From Malacoraja senta (lineage: Eukaryota): a stretch of DNA of 64,000 bases. Shown one piece after another: positions 13,906-27,257 of this stretch. The stretch is from the NCBI GenBank assembly GCA_038087875.1, contig CM075988.1:22198001-22262000 (forward strand), read 5' to 3'. Position 1 is the first letter of the stretch. Each line of letters starts with the position of its first letter. The translations under genes were made by a program, and so were the position numbers. The notes under the pieces were generated by a model. That model saw only the letters and a program-made list of their open reading frames with translations, did not search any database and was not told where the DNA came from.

Positions 13906-14311
13906 GTCATGGCAACGGGGTCCAGCGCCATGGCAACGGGGGTCCAGCGCTATGGCAACGGGGGTCCAGCGCCATGGCAACGGGGATCCAGCGCCATGGC
14001 AACGGGGAGATGAGGTTCAGCTCCATGGCAACGGGGAGATCAGGTTCAGCGTCATGGCAATGGGGGGGAACAGCGCCATGGCAATGGGGACCCAGCGCCA
14101 TGGCAACGGGGAGATGAGGTTCAGCTCCATGGCAACGGGGAGATGAGGTTCAGCGTCATGGCAATGGGGGATCCAGCGCCATGGCAACGGGGAGATGAGG
14201 TTCAGCTCCATGGCAACCGGAGGGAAGAGGTCCAGTGCCATGGCAGGGGGGAAACAACGCCATGGTAACGGGGTCCAGCACCATGGCACAGGGTCAAGCG
14301 CCATGGCAACA
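13906..14311. repeat. Minisatellite of 17 units (about 21-22 and 29 bp) built around CCATGGCAAC
   Basis: Units counted by eye; 11 contain ATGGCAAC, 1 ATGGTAAC, 3 ATGGCAAT, 2 are degenerate. Confidence 0.92.
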
Positions 14312-15369
14312 GAGGGGAGTGCATGTGTGGCCTCAAGACCACCGGGGAGAGATGCCCGGTCGGTGGGTGGTCAGGAGCAGAATAACACACAGCAATGATG
14401 TACAGGTGGCAATCTAGGTGACGGCCGGGCTCAGGCGAACTCACGGCACACAGTAGAGCTGCCGGAACACAGACAACAAGAAACATCGCAGTACAGGAGG
14501 TTCTCCTATAATGCGATGGTCGTGATCCTCAGAAACCTTGCGCTATAGGAAATCACATTATACAAACAACTGTGGCAATGGAGACTGGGGGGCAGAGAGT
14601 TTCAGAGCTGTAATAACAGTTATTTTTCTTTCAGAATTTTCAAAAATCTAAGTTTTTTCCGATGGCAGTAAGCTTATTTTTATTCAAATTGAAACTTACA
14701 ATACTGGAGACACAAGGCATGTGTCCTTGTGAGTTATACGTTCTCAAAAGACAATGATGTGTGCATACTACAGGTTTACAAAAATCCCAGAGTACTGGAG
14801 TAACTCAGCAGGTCAGGCAGATCTCTGGGGAACAAGGAGAGGTGACATTTTGCATCGGGACACTTCTTAGACACTGAAAATACTGACGACTGTACGTACA
14901 TTGTTTAACAGAGTATCATTGCACATGTGTCAACAGAAGCAATTGTTTGTCAAGTTCAGTGGCCTCGTGGATCAATTGATAGCAGTATTCTGAAGAGACT
15001 ATGCATAGAAACATAGAAAATTGGTGCAGGAGTAGGCCATTCGGCCCTTCGAGCCGAATATGATCATGGCTGATCATCCAGAATCAGTATCCTGTTCATG
15101 CTTTTTCCCCATATCCCTTGATTCTCTTAGCCCTAAGAGCTATATCCAACTCGATGCAACCTGATTATTGCGGGGAGGGTACATGGAAACAATCTTTTTC
15201 CCCTAGACTTTTCCCCCATGACAACTTTTTTCTGCTTGTCAATTTCCCAAGTAACATTTGAGTGGTTCTCTAATGTGTGATTACATTTACAATATAACGA
15301 ATTCAACTGGCATAATGTATATGGTGTTCCCTAATTCATCACTCACATTATATCCAGTTTGTGTTGTGG

Positions 15370-15880
15370 AAACAGCAGAACCATGTGTGCTGGCTCACCA
15401 TGTGTGCTGACCAACATGTATCATTTATACTAGTCCCACCTGCCTGCATTTAGCCTTCTAAAACTATCCTATCCATGTACCTGTCCAAATGTCTTTTAAA
15501 CATTGTGGTATTACCTGCTTCAACTCTCTCCTCTGGCAGCTCGTTAAAAAGTTGCCCCTTAGGTTCCTATTCAATCTTTCCCTTCTCATCTTAAACTTAT
15601 GTCCTCTGGTTCTTGATTCCTCTACTCTGGGTTAAAGACTCAGTGCATTCATCCTATCTATTCCCCTCATTATCTTATAGACCTCTTCACCCCTCATTAT
15701 CATGCGTTCCAAGGAATAAAGTCCCAGCCTGTTCAACCTTTCCCTGTAGTTCAGGCCCTCGAGTCCTGGCAACATCCTTGTAAATCATCTCTGCACCCTT
15801 TCTAGCTTAACAACATATTTCCTATGACAGGATAACCAAAACAGCACACAATACTCCAAATGTGGCCTCACCAATGTCCT
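15370..15880 (-). mobile_element. CR1 LINE 3' fragment
   Basis: Similar to the other CR1 3' ends in the window. Confidence 0.7.
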
Positions 15881-18800
15881 GGGTTTCCTCTAGGTGCTCT
15901 GGGTTCGTCCCACATCCCAAAGACGTGCTGGTTTGCAGGTTAATTGGTCTCTATAAATTTCACCTCGTGTGTGGGGGATGAACGCAACAATGGGATAACA
16001 TAGAACGAGTGTGAACGGGTGGTCGATGGTCAGCGGTGGGCTGAAAGGCCCGTTTCCATGCTGTATCTCTAAACTAAACCAAATTTAATTTAAGCACAAC
16101 TCAGTTTTAATGACTGGACCTTTATTAGGAAGGGGATCAGGAAACCTACAATGATTCAGTAATAAGCAAAGGAGGCAGATGCTTCTACAACCACAGATGT
16201 GATTTCAGTACGTTGTACGCATGGTGTCAGTGTAAGTGACTGCAGGGTTACCTGACAGGGACGGGTGGTTCACCATAGATTGTGCTATCCACCACGAGAA
16301 AGAGGGAAGAGACACTGCTGCCAGATTATACAATTGTAAAGAGATTAAAACAAAGGAACTCAAAGTCAGTAATCTTCAGATTATTCCATGTGCCAAGTGC
16401 CAGAAAATTCTGAAATAGAATGGTATAAATGAATACACAGAGACACAAGCAGCTGAAGATGCTGGAATCTTGAGCAATACACAAAGTGCTGGAGGAATTC
16501 AACAGGTCGGGCAGCATCTGTGGAGGGAATGGGCAGGTGGCATTTTGGGTCAGGACCCTTCTTCAAGCTGATTGTAGTAGGGGGTAGAAATCGGGAAAAG
16601 AGAAGTCAGGGCAGGACAAAGCCCAGTAAGCGATAGGTGGATACAAGGTTGGGGGTTTAATTGGTAATCGAGCTACTATGCTGTATTAGAATCCACACAA
16701 GGCTGAAGCACAGGTTCTGTGCATAACTAGGAAAGTTAACGGAGTGTTCTTGTTTATGGCTGGGAGATTGAATGACAAAATTAGGAAGGTTATGCTTCAG
16801 TATTCCAGGCCCAGTCATCATCAGCTGCTCCCTTTACAAGATTAGTTATGAGGATATTTGAAGATGATTGCACAAAATTCAATTCCACTCCTCAGATAAC
16901 AAAGCAGTCAATGTTTGTCTGCAAATAGAGGCATCTCCTACAGATGCAGTCATTCTGTCCAGAAGATGCTTCTTGGAATTGCCACATTATGCAAGGCACA
17001 CTGTAGGTGGGACTGAGCTCACTAGACATGCTCGCAGTTCAGAAAGTAATGTCATATGCTAGTGGGTAGAGAAATAGGAGGACAAGTGGTTAAAGGGATG
17101 GTGTAGGAGGGAAAGCTTTGGATTTCTCGATGACTGGGACCTTTTCTGGAAAAGGCGGGACATGTCAAGGATGGATTATTACATATGAACTAGGATGGCT
17201 ATAATATTCTTGTGAGGGAGTTTGCTGCTGCTTTAGAGGGTTTAGGTTAAACAAATTTGGCAGGGAAATGGGACATAGAGTCGATGTATTGTTAGGGAAA
17301 AGTGCAATCACATGTAAAAGGAAAACTAAATTAGACCAGCAGGCTGAGCTGACATGGATGAGTGTGATAAGGCACGTGGGAGGAATGCAAGGTTAACTTG
17401 CAACTATTTTAATATACAAGGCATATGACTAGTAGGGCGGCTGAACAAATAATTTCATTGCTCCCTTTTGTATATGACAAACTAATCCGAATCTCAATGA
17501 AACTTTAAAACCTGCAATCTGAAATAGAAAGAATGCTGGAAACATACAGCTGGTCAAGAGCATCTATGGAAACAGAGAGAGAGTTAACATTTCAGGATCT
17601 GAATGTTTATCCATTTCCCTGACTGTCCAAGTATATCCGGTTTAGACTGAAGACGAGTCCCGATCCGAAACATCATCTGTCAAAGCTCTCCACAGATGTT
17701 CTCTGACCCCCTAAGTTCCTCCAGCAGTTTGTAGTTTTGCTCAAATTCCAGCATCGGCAATTTCTTGTGCCTCTCTGATATTTTAGAATATTCAAGGTTT
17801 TAAGGTCAGTTTATTGTCACATGTACCAATTAAGGTACAATGAAACTTGAGTTACTCTCTCAATACAAGGAAGGACTTGAATGCACCAAGAGAGTTCTTC
17901 ACCATTCAGTTAATGACAGTGATGAAACACAACCGGTGGAGACAGAACAACACGTAAGCGATATAAAGGGATATTTTCATTCTGGATGAATGAAGTTGCA
18001 AATTGTGTGACACAGAATCGGTGGCTGGGCACCAGAGATCTCGTTGGACATTTTGCTGTATCATTGAAAGGGGGCAGATGGAGCCTGTGGGGGGAGGGGG
18101 GGAAAGAGATGAAATTGGAAGTAGAAACAAGAGGTTGGTAAGTGATAAGAGGAGATATAAAAGGCTACAGATGCCATTATTTCATGTATGGAAGACAGAG
18201 ATACAAGAAACTGCAGAAGCTGGAATCCTGAGCAAAAAGCAATGTGCTGGAACAACTCAGCGGGTCAAGCAGCATCTGTGGAAGGACAGATGATGTTTCT
18301 GGTCAGGACCTTTCTTCAGACTTGACACACATTTCGGGTTGAGATCTTTCTTCAGTCTAAGGAAGGCTAATGTAGTCTAATGGGCTACTTTCATGAACAT
18401 TGTCGTTGAGTAGAACAAATTATCCTACCTATCCTACTCCAATTATCCTACTGATCTTACCTTCTTCCACTACATCCTGCAGTCTTGCCATCAATCTTTA
18501 CTGTTGCCACTGCCCAGTCCATCACAGGTACTGAGGTACAGTAAAAAGCTTTGTATTGCATGCTACCCAATCTGATCATACCAGACAAAACTGCAATCAA
18601 GCCAAACTCAAGTACAATCGGTAGAATAAAGGGAAGGAAAGATACGAGTGCCGAATATGGTTCTCAACATTAGAATCAGTCATACAGCATGAAAACAGGC
18701 CCTTCAGCCCAGCTTTCCCATGCCAACCAAGATGCCCCATCTACACGAGTCCCATCTCCCCACATTTAGCCCATACCCGGCCTAAACTTTCCTATCCATG

Positions 18801-20049
18801 TACCTGTCCAAATGTTGTTTAAACATTAATATAGGACTTGCCTCAACTATCTCCTCTGGCAGCTCGTTCCTTATACCCACCACCCTCTGATTGAAAAAGC
18901 TGCTGCCCCTCAGGTTCCTATTAAATGTTTTCTCTCTCACCGTAAACCTATTTCCTCTGGTTCTTGATTCCAAAGTCACAGAAGAAAAGTGTAAAGTTTG
19001 CTGTTCTGGCACTGTCAATGATGAACCCCCCCCCCCCCCACCACCCCCCTCCCACCACCCCCTCCCCCACACACACAGGGTTGTGTTGAGAGCATAAATT
19101 ACAGTAAAGTTAGTATACATTTTCCAAATTAATTCCTGAAGTTAGCGACATGCCAGGATAAACAAGGAGAGGAAGATAAACAATAAATTGCAGCTGGACG
19201 TGCTTTATCAAATTAGTAGTTAGACAGAACAACAATAACAAGTATGGGATAATAAATCAGTTAAATGGATCAAAGTGCACACCACGTCCAATGACCTAAC
19301 TGAAGCCAATCTGAAAAAGTATATAGAATGGGTCACTCCGAATAAATGAGCAGAGGGTCCAGAAGCTTGAAAGTGCGCACCACCAGACTCAGGAACAGTT
19401 TCTTCCCCTCCGTTATCGGCCTTCTGAATAGTCCCTCCATCAGCTAGTGTACTGCCCGAATCACCTCTACCCTAATGTGTGCACTGGACTTTGTCTATGG
19501 TATACATGCGCTGCAATGCTGAGAACTATATTCTGCACTCTGTATCTTCCCCTTTGCTCTCTCTATTGTACTGGAGTTTGACGATTGTATTTACGTATAT
19601 GGTATATCTGGTTTGTTTGGATGGCACACAGAACAAAGCTTTTCACTGTACCTCGGAATGTGACAATAAACCTAAATCTAGTTCGGAGTTATGACAACTC
19701 TCGCTGCAACATGTTTTCTTCAGCCCTGTCTGCAAAGAGTAACAACGTGCTGAACCAGCCTAATCACTGCTAGAAACTCATCCGAACCACTCAGCATTTG
19801 CTGATAGAATTCTGATGCCCTATAATGCAAACCTTGTGGCAGATTGCACACTGCCTCCCTCTTGTGGCAGATATATTCATGAGCGCTGGTGACGCAAGAG
19901 ACTGCAGATGCTGTAATCCGGAGCAAAATACAAATTGCTGGAACAACGCGGAGAGTCCTGATGCAGGGTCTCGGCACGAAACGTCAACCATCCCTATGCT
20001 TCTACAGATGCTGCCTGATCTGTTGAATTCTTCCTGCAGTTTGGTCTTG

Positions 20050-20270
20050 ACCCGATCCATCACTGGTATTATCCCCCCCACCATCGAAGGGATGTACAAG
20101 AGGCACTTTGTCATGAAACCACCTCATATCATCAAAGACCCACACCACCCTGCCCACCCTCTTATCTTAGTGTTACCATCCTGAAGAAGGTACAGGAGCC
20201 CAAGAATCATTAGCTCCAGATTCAAGAACAGCTTGTTCCCAACAACCTCTGGGACCTTGAACCAGCTTGC
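20050..20270 (+). mobile_element. Rex1/Babar-like LINE 3' fragment
   Basis: IIKDPHHPAHPLILVLPS..RYRS..RFKNSLFP motif; similar remnant at about 19360-19680. Confidence 0.6.
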
Positions 20271-20439
20271 ACCGAACTTTTGAACTACCGTAGCACCTTA
20301 GACTTTGTACAAGGCAATACTCATGTTACGTGAGAGCGTTTCTGTTATCCAGGAACCATGTGCAGGCTGGAGATATCACGGCCGGTAAGGAGTGAATGTC
20401 TTCTAACGGTGCACAGAGCATGAGATGTGGGCTTGGTGG

Positions 20440-22230
20440 TCTTATAGAGTCATACAGTACAGAAACAGGCTCTTCAGCCCAACATGTCCATGCCAACCAA
20501 GATGCCCCTTCTGATCTAGTCCCATTTGCCTGCATTTGGCCTCTTATCTTTTCCTATCCATGTACCTGTCCACGTGTCTTTTAAATGTTGTTATAGTACC
20601 TGCCTCAACTACCTCCTCTGGCAGCTCATTCCATATACCTCCATCCTCTCACAGTAAACCTATGCCCTCTGACTCTCGATTCCCCTTCCCTGGGTAAAAG
20701 ACTGTGCATTTACCCAATCAATTCATCTCATAATGTTATATACTTCTATAGGATCATCCCATAGCCTCCCACACTACAATGAATAAAGTCTTGACAAGGA
20801 ATAAATATTTCTCTATAACTCAGGCCCTTGAGTCCTGGCAACATCCTCATAAATCTTCTCTGCACCCTCGCCAGCTCAAATGCCACCCTTCCTATAGCAA
20901 GGTGACCAAAGCTGAACACAATGCGCCAAATGCGGCCTCACCAACATCTTGTACAAGTGCAACATAATGTCCCAACTTTTATAAGCAATACACTGACTGA
21001 TAAAGGCCAATGTACCAAAAATCTTCTTTACTGCCCTTTCAGTGATGCTAATTTCACGGAACTGTACCCGTACTCCTAGATGACTCTGCTGTACAATACT
21101 CCCAAGGGTCTTACCATTCACTGTGAAGGTCCTGCCCTGGTTTGATTTCCACAAATGCAACATATCACACTTATCTGCATTGAACTCCATTAGCCATTCT
21201 TCAATCCACTTGCCTAGCTGATTAAGTTCCTGCTGTAATTTTTGATAACCATCTTCAACGTCTGTGATACCAGCTACATTAGTGTCAGTTGCAAATTTAC
21301 AATTCAAGCAAACAGTAATGGGCCCAGCACTGATCCCTGAGGCACTCCACTCCAGTCCGAAAAACAACCTCCACCATTACCCATGGCTTCTTTCTATGAA
21401 ACCAATTCTGCATCCAGTCAGCTAGCTATCCCTGGATGCCATGCGATCTAACCTTCTAGAGTAGCATACTATGTGGAACCTTATCAAAGGCGTTGCTGAG
21501 TCCATATCATTTATGGCTTTACCTTCATCAACCATCTTGGTTATTTCTCCAAAAAAATTCGTGAGACACGATCTCCCACACACAAAATGTCATATGAGGA
21601 AAGATTGAAAAGACTGGGCTTGTATTCACTGGAGTTTAGAAGGATGAGGGGGATCTTATAGAAACATATAAAATTATAAAAGGACTGGACAAGCTAGATG
21701 CAGGAAAAATGTTCCCAATGTCGGGCGAGTCCAGAACCAGGGGCCACAGTCTTAGAATAAAGGGGAGGCCATTTAAGACTGAGGTGAGAAAAAACTTTTT
21801 CACCCAGAGAGTTGTGAATTTATGGAATTCTCTGCCACAGAGGGCAGTAGAGGCCAAATCACTGGATGGGTTTAAGAGAGAGTTAGATAGAGCTCTAGGG
21901 GCTAGTGGAGTCAAGGGATATGGGGAGAAGGCAGGCACGGGTTATTGATAGGGGACGATCGCAATGAATGGCGGTGCTGGCTCGAAGGGCCGAATGGTCT
22001 CCTCCTGCACTGAATTTCAACAAAAAAAAATCACGTTGACTATCCCCCATCAGCCTCTATACAAATGCAAAAATATCTTATCCCTCAGAATCCTCTTCAG
22101 TAACTCATCTGCCACAGATGTTAGTTTCACAGATCTATAGTTCATAGGCTTTTCCTTGCATCCCTTCCTAAATAGAGGCACATTAGCCACCCTCCAGTCA
22201 TCCGGCATCTCACCCATGTCTAATGATGAG
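20440..22230 (-). mobile_element. Degenerate CR1 LINE RT fragment, interrupted by a + strand CR1 at about 21588-22012
   Basis: KFATDT...WLMEFNADKC...LVRPHLAHCVQLWSP on the - strand; SRTRGHSLRIKGRPFKTEVRKNFF on the + strand insert. Confidence 0.8.
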
Positions 22231-22265
22231 TTGAAAGAACAAAGTGATCAGATGCTTACAACGCA

Positions 22266-22271
22266 TTTATT
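22266..22271 (-). terminator. Putative TRAPPC4 polyadenylation signal AATAAA
   Basis: First AATAAA on the - strand, about 140 nt after the stop codon. Confidence 0.6.
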
Positions 22272-22408
22272 TCCTATGTACATTTTCCACTTGCATCAAA
22301 TTACAATTTCCTGTATTCAGTTTCCTAGCCCAGTACTACTGAATGCAAAATATATATACAACAGCCCGATGTAACCCTCTGAAGAGATTACAGCCTCACA
22401 GCTGGGGG

Positions 22409-22487
22409 TCAAGATGTTGTGCCAATTGTTCCAGCTTTCTCTGCTACTTCCAAAGCCACTTTCAAATTCTGTTCAAAGAGATCGCAC
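22409..22487 (-). CDS. TRAPPC4: TRAPPC4 exon 5 (coding part, to TGA)
   Basis: [25 protein letters not shown]; acceptor tttttatctgcag. Confidence 0.96.
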
Positions 22488-23806
22488 CTGCAGATAAAAA
22501 ACCAAAGTGGTTAAGCAGGAAAGGTTGTGTTCTAAATTGCATAATTGCACCATGTTTTATAACAATAGTCCACAACCAAGATAATCACTAACTGGAGGAA
22601 AGACACAAAATTCTGAAGTGACTCAGCGGGTCAGGCAGCATCTCTGGAGAGCACGGATAGGTGACATTTTGGCTCGGGACCTTTCTTTAGACTGGTTCTG
22701 AAGAAGGGTTCCATCTCAAGAAGTCACCTATCCATGTTCTCCAGGGATGCTGCTTGACCCGCTGAGTCACTTCGGAATTTTGTGCCTTTCCTTGGTAAAC
22801 CAGCATCAACACAGTTGCTTGTTTCTACAATCACCAAGTGAACATTGGCAGCCTCACCATGTCTGCTCAGTGTAGGCAAGAAGACTCAGCTGAAATAGCC
22901 AAGTCTTTTGTCCAAGTACTTGGGGAATAGTTCCTCCCACAAGAGCAAATTAATATGGGATGAATTCACACGTCCATGTACTCCCAAGTACACTAGTGCA
23001 GCGCCCCTGTAAGCTGCTTTACACTTGGAATGCAGTGGTTGAGGACAGTGGGCCCCCCACACCTTCTCCAGGTTAATTGAATGGCGGAGTAGACATGATG
23101 GGCCGAATGGCCTAATTCATGCCCCTATAACTTATGAACTCAATTAGGGATGGGTAATAAATGCCGGTGACACCCTGATCCTTCCAATTAACATATAAAA
23201 GGAATACATCAGCAATACAGATTTAAAAACATTTAGGTTTGTAAAATGTTTTAATTGTCACTTTCTTCATCTAGATCTTCCTGTGGACCCTGATACACGA
23301 GGATCAGGAACTGTGACCCATATCCTTGACCAGGAACACTTTGGATGTTCCTTGAAGCCAGGAGGGTCTAGCATTCATCTACACCCAAATTACCCCTTAT
23401 AGAATGTTCTGCACAAACATTAATTGGAGGCCACCACACTGTGAGTGGATATTTTGTTTACATCCATCAATCTCAAACTATTGTGATGAAAAGAATAAAT
23501 AAAATCTCCCAGTACTTTACAAAAAGAATGGTCCCATTGTCTCAAGAACGCACAGTCACTTGCCCATTGTAGGGGAATCGAGAACCGGAGGACATAGTTT
23601 TAAAGTGAGGGGGAAGATTTAATAGGAACCCGAGGGGTAACTTTTTCACACAAAGGGTGGCAGGTGTATAGAAAGAGCTGCCAGAGGAGGTAGTTGAGGC
23701 AGGTACTATAGCAACATTTAAGAAACATTTGGACAGGTACATGGATAGGACAGGTTTAGAGGGATATGAGCCAAACACAGGCAGGTGTGACTAGTGTAGA
23801 TGGGAC

Positions 23807-24556
23807 ATAGAAATATAGAAACATAGAAAATAGGTGCAGGAGTAGGCCATTCGGCCCTTCGAGCCTGCACCGCCATTCAATATGATCATGGCTGATCATC
23901 CAACTCAGTATCCTGTATCTGCCTTCTCTCCATACCCCCTGATCCCTTTAGCCACAAGGGCCACATCTAACTCCCTCTTAAATATAGCCAATGAACTGGC
24001 CTCAACTACCTTCTGTGGCAGAGAATTCCATAGATTCACCACTCTGTGTGAAAAATGTTTTTTTCATCTCGGTCCTTAAAGATTTCCCCTTTATCCTTAA
24101 ACTGTGACCCCTTGTCCTGGACTTCCCCAACATCGGGAACAATCTTCCTGCGTCTAGCCTGTCCAACCCCTTAAGAATTTTGTAAGTTTCTATAAGATCC
24201 CCCCTCAATCTTCTAAATTCTAGCGAGTACAAGCCGAGTCTATCCAGTCTTTCTTCATATGAAAGTCCTGACATCCCAGGAATCAGTCTGGTGAACCTTC
24301 TCTGTACTCCCTCTATGGCAAGAATGTATTTCCTCAGATTTGGAGACCAAAACTGTACGCAATACTCCAGGTGTGGTCTCACCAAGACCCTGTACAACTG
24401 CAGTAGAACCTCCCTGCTCCTATACTCAAATCCTTTTGCTATGAAAGCTAACATACCATTCGCTTTCTTCACTGCCTGCTGCACCTGCATGCCTACTTTC
24501 AATGACTGGTGTACCATGACACCCAGGTCTCGTTGCATCTCCCCTTTTCCTAATCG
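23807..24556 (-). mobile_element. Young CR1 LINE 3' fragment nested in an older CR1
   Basis: ORF 24002-24538 (RDLGV...LVRPHLEYCVQFWSP...RLRGDLIETYKIL...RTRGH) and an (ATAGAAAC)n-type tail. Confidence 0.9.
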
Positions 24557-25394
24557 GCCACATGTTGGTTGGTGTGGGCAAGTTAGGCCGAAGGGCCTGT
24601 TTCCACACTGAACTCAATGAACACAATTGCCATAACATACACAATTATTTAAATGCACAGCAACTGCATTTTGTGGGATTAACATGAGAACAGATGGAAA
24701 AGTGAAAGGAACAAATGTGGCAAGGAAAAGCAGTGAATCTAATGATTGGTGATCCTGCACTATTTTGGAACTGGGCTCGGAGAATGTCTACCCCAGCAGC
24801 AGTGTCCCTGAAGCTGTTAGTTTATAATTGAAGCAGATGTTGAGGAGGCTGACGAAATAGAATGAAGGAGACATGAAACTGCAGATGCTGGAATCTTGAG
24901 CAAAACACAAATTGCAGGAGGAACTCAGCGGGTCAGGCAGCATCTGTCTGAAGAAGGATCACAACCTGAAATATTGGAGTCTGCAGAAGAGTCGCGGCCT
25001 GAAGCACTGTCTGTCCATTCCCTCCACAGATGCTGTCTGACCCGCTGAATAAAGTTAAGGTTTGAATCTAGAAACAAGGAACTGCAGATGCTGGTTTGCA
25101 CAAAAGGACACAAAGTGCTGGAGTAACTCAGCAGGTCAGGCAGCATTTTAGGAGAACGTGGATAGGTGACGTTTCTGGTCGGGACCCTTCTTCAGACTGA
25201 TTCGACTGAGGAAGGGTCCTGACCCAAAACGTCTCCTATCCATGTTCTCCAGCTATGCTGTCTGGCCTGCTGAGTTAATCCAGCACTTTGTGTCCTTTTA
25301 GGTTTCAATCTATCGCAACACTTCACAGTGCAGCGTCATTCCCTTTTAGCTGAAATAAAATCTGTACGTTCATGACCCCTCCTCAGAGACCCAC

Positions 25395-25521
25395 CTGATT
25401 GGCATCTCAAGAGAGTAGAACGGGTTTTTAAGAGCATAGTCCGAATAAATTTCGTAAATCTTCCGGAGGAGGGAATCAATCCCAGCTTGTCGAGGGTCGG
25501 CCAACACAATGAACTTAATTC
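25395..25521 (-). CDS. TRAPPC4: TRAPPC4 exon 4
   Basis: [43 protein letters not shown], translated by hand; AAG acceptor, GTGGG donor. Confidence 0.96.
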
Positions 25522-26607
25522 CTTTAATGAAGAAAATGAGAATAAACGCACATCACATAAAGAGGAGCTTCAGCAGTAAACCTTCTGAAAATTGCTCAAG
25601 GACAATGAGGTTATTTTACTGAAAGTCAGTACTGACAGAACTTTTCAGGGGAAAAACAGAACCATAGAATGACGCACAAGGAGAAACCTTCCATCCTGTG
25701 CCCACTCTGTAACAGAACTTTTTGTTTAATCCTCGCCCACTGAGCTTTCCCCACAGCCCCGCAGATTTTTCCCCTTCAAGCGTCCAATGAATTTATGCAT
25801 CCAGTTCCACCTTCCTTTCAGGTCAAATTCTGCAGATCACAGCATCTGACTATGGGTCTCTTTGCCCATCGTCTTCATATATTGGAATCAAAATATTCTG
25901 CATCGAATTCCTAGCAAAATCCCCTGGGTGGCTGTCTCCACCTCCAGAATGGACCAGGTCACAACCATTCATTTGGCAAGAAGCATTTTTCTCGCAGCAA
26001 CACCCACCACACCTCAATCACGTTAAATACGTCCTCTTCCAAAGTGGAACAGCTTCTCGCTTTCATCCCAGTCACGATCCTGTACATCCTGTGTCAAGTC
26101 CACTCCCCATCCTCTGCTCCAAGGAGCAAAGCCCCAATTTGCCCGACTTAACTTTGCAACCAAAACATCTCAGCCCCAAAATGATTCTGAGGGCCTCGCC
26201 TTCATCCCAAACCTTCCAGGCTCCTTCAGTCAGAGTCATCTGAATGAAAGAATTAATATTTATTATCACATGTGACACGTCACAGTGAGATTCTTGTTTA
26301 AGAAGGAACTGCAGATGCTGGAAAATCGAAGGTAGACAAAAGTGCTGGAGAAACTCAGCGGGTGCAGCAGCATCTATGGAGCGAAGGAAATAGGCAACGT
26401 TTCGGGCCGAAACCCTTCTTCAGACTTCTTCTTCTTCTGAATGCCTATTTCCTTCGCTCCATAGATGCTGCTACACCCGCTGAGTTTCTCCAGCACTTTT
26501 GTCTACAGTGAGATTCTTTGTTTTACATACCCGACGTATGCAAAGAGTCACCACACATAGAGCGCTGACAAAGTCACAAAGTATTCCATTTAGTCCCCAA
26601 TGGGACC

Positions 26608-26790
26608 CCCTTTGTTCTCAGCGGTCCCACCACGCTGGGTCCCTCTTTGTTCTCGGTGCACCCCCATGCCGGGTTCTCCTTTATTCTCGCGCTGTCCCCC
26701 CACGCTGGGTCCCTCTTTGTTCTCGGTGCACCCCCATGCCGGGTTCTCCTTTATTCTCGTGCTGTCCCCCCACGCTGGGTCCCTCTTTGT
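26608..26790. repeat. 70-bp minisatellite (about 2.6 copies) in TRAPPC4 intron 3
   Basis: CCCTCTTTGT recurs at 26641, 26711 and 26781. Confidence 0.85.
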
Positions 26791-26811
26791 TGTCGGCAGA
26801 GCGTGCAACTA

Positions 26812-26904
26812 CCAGCACCCACGTGGCCCTATCCAACCTCCAGCACCCACGTGGCCCTTTCCAACCTCCAGCACCCACGTGGCCCTTTCCAACCTCCAGC
26901 ACCC
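26812..26904. repeat. 28-bp minisatellite (3.3 copies), each full unit with CACGTG
   Basis: CCAGCACCCACGTGGCCCT at 26812, 26840 and 26868. Confidence 0.85.
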
Positions 26905-27153
26905 TCCGCCGGCTCAACCCTCGACCGTCGGCTCCCATGACCTAGATCTGGTTACCAACCCTCCTACCAGTGAGAAACGGTTTCTAACGTATTGTTAAAA
27001 CCACCTGCGACTTTGACCACCGTGACTAGAGAGATAACAAAATGGACGCGCTATCCCAACTATGAGAACTTTCTACGTTATGGGGAGAAAGGGGCATGGA
27101 TGAAGTAATCTGAAGCAATAAACAGAGCGTTAATATTACACCATGCTATTCAC

Positions 27154-27257
27154 CTGTTAGGGTTTGAAAGCAATGCAGCTTGAAAGTGTCTGTTTCTAGT
27201 ACTTCAATCCCAGAACTTCCAGGCTCCGGAGATAACTGGGAACCAATTGCAAACAAC
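27154..27257 (-). CDS. TRAPPC4: TRAPPC4 exon 3
   Basis: [37 protein letters not shown] acceptor, GTGAA donor. Confidence 0.96.

Noticed and set aside
13906..14311. CRISPR-like repeat/spacer appearance
   Set aside because: Spacers are related to each other, the context is eukaryotic, and there are no cas genes.
13738..14486. Many overlapping ORFs (SAMATG and RHGNG repeats)
   Set aside because: By-products of the stop-poor GC-rich minisatellite; open in several frames on both strands.
26499..26998. Long ORFs in TRAPPC4 intron 3
   Set aside because: Translations of the 70-bp and 28-bp minisatellites.
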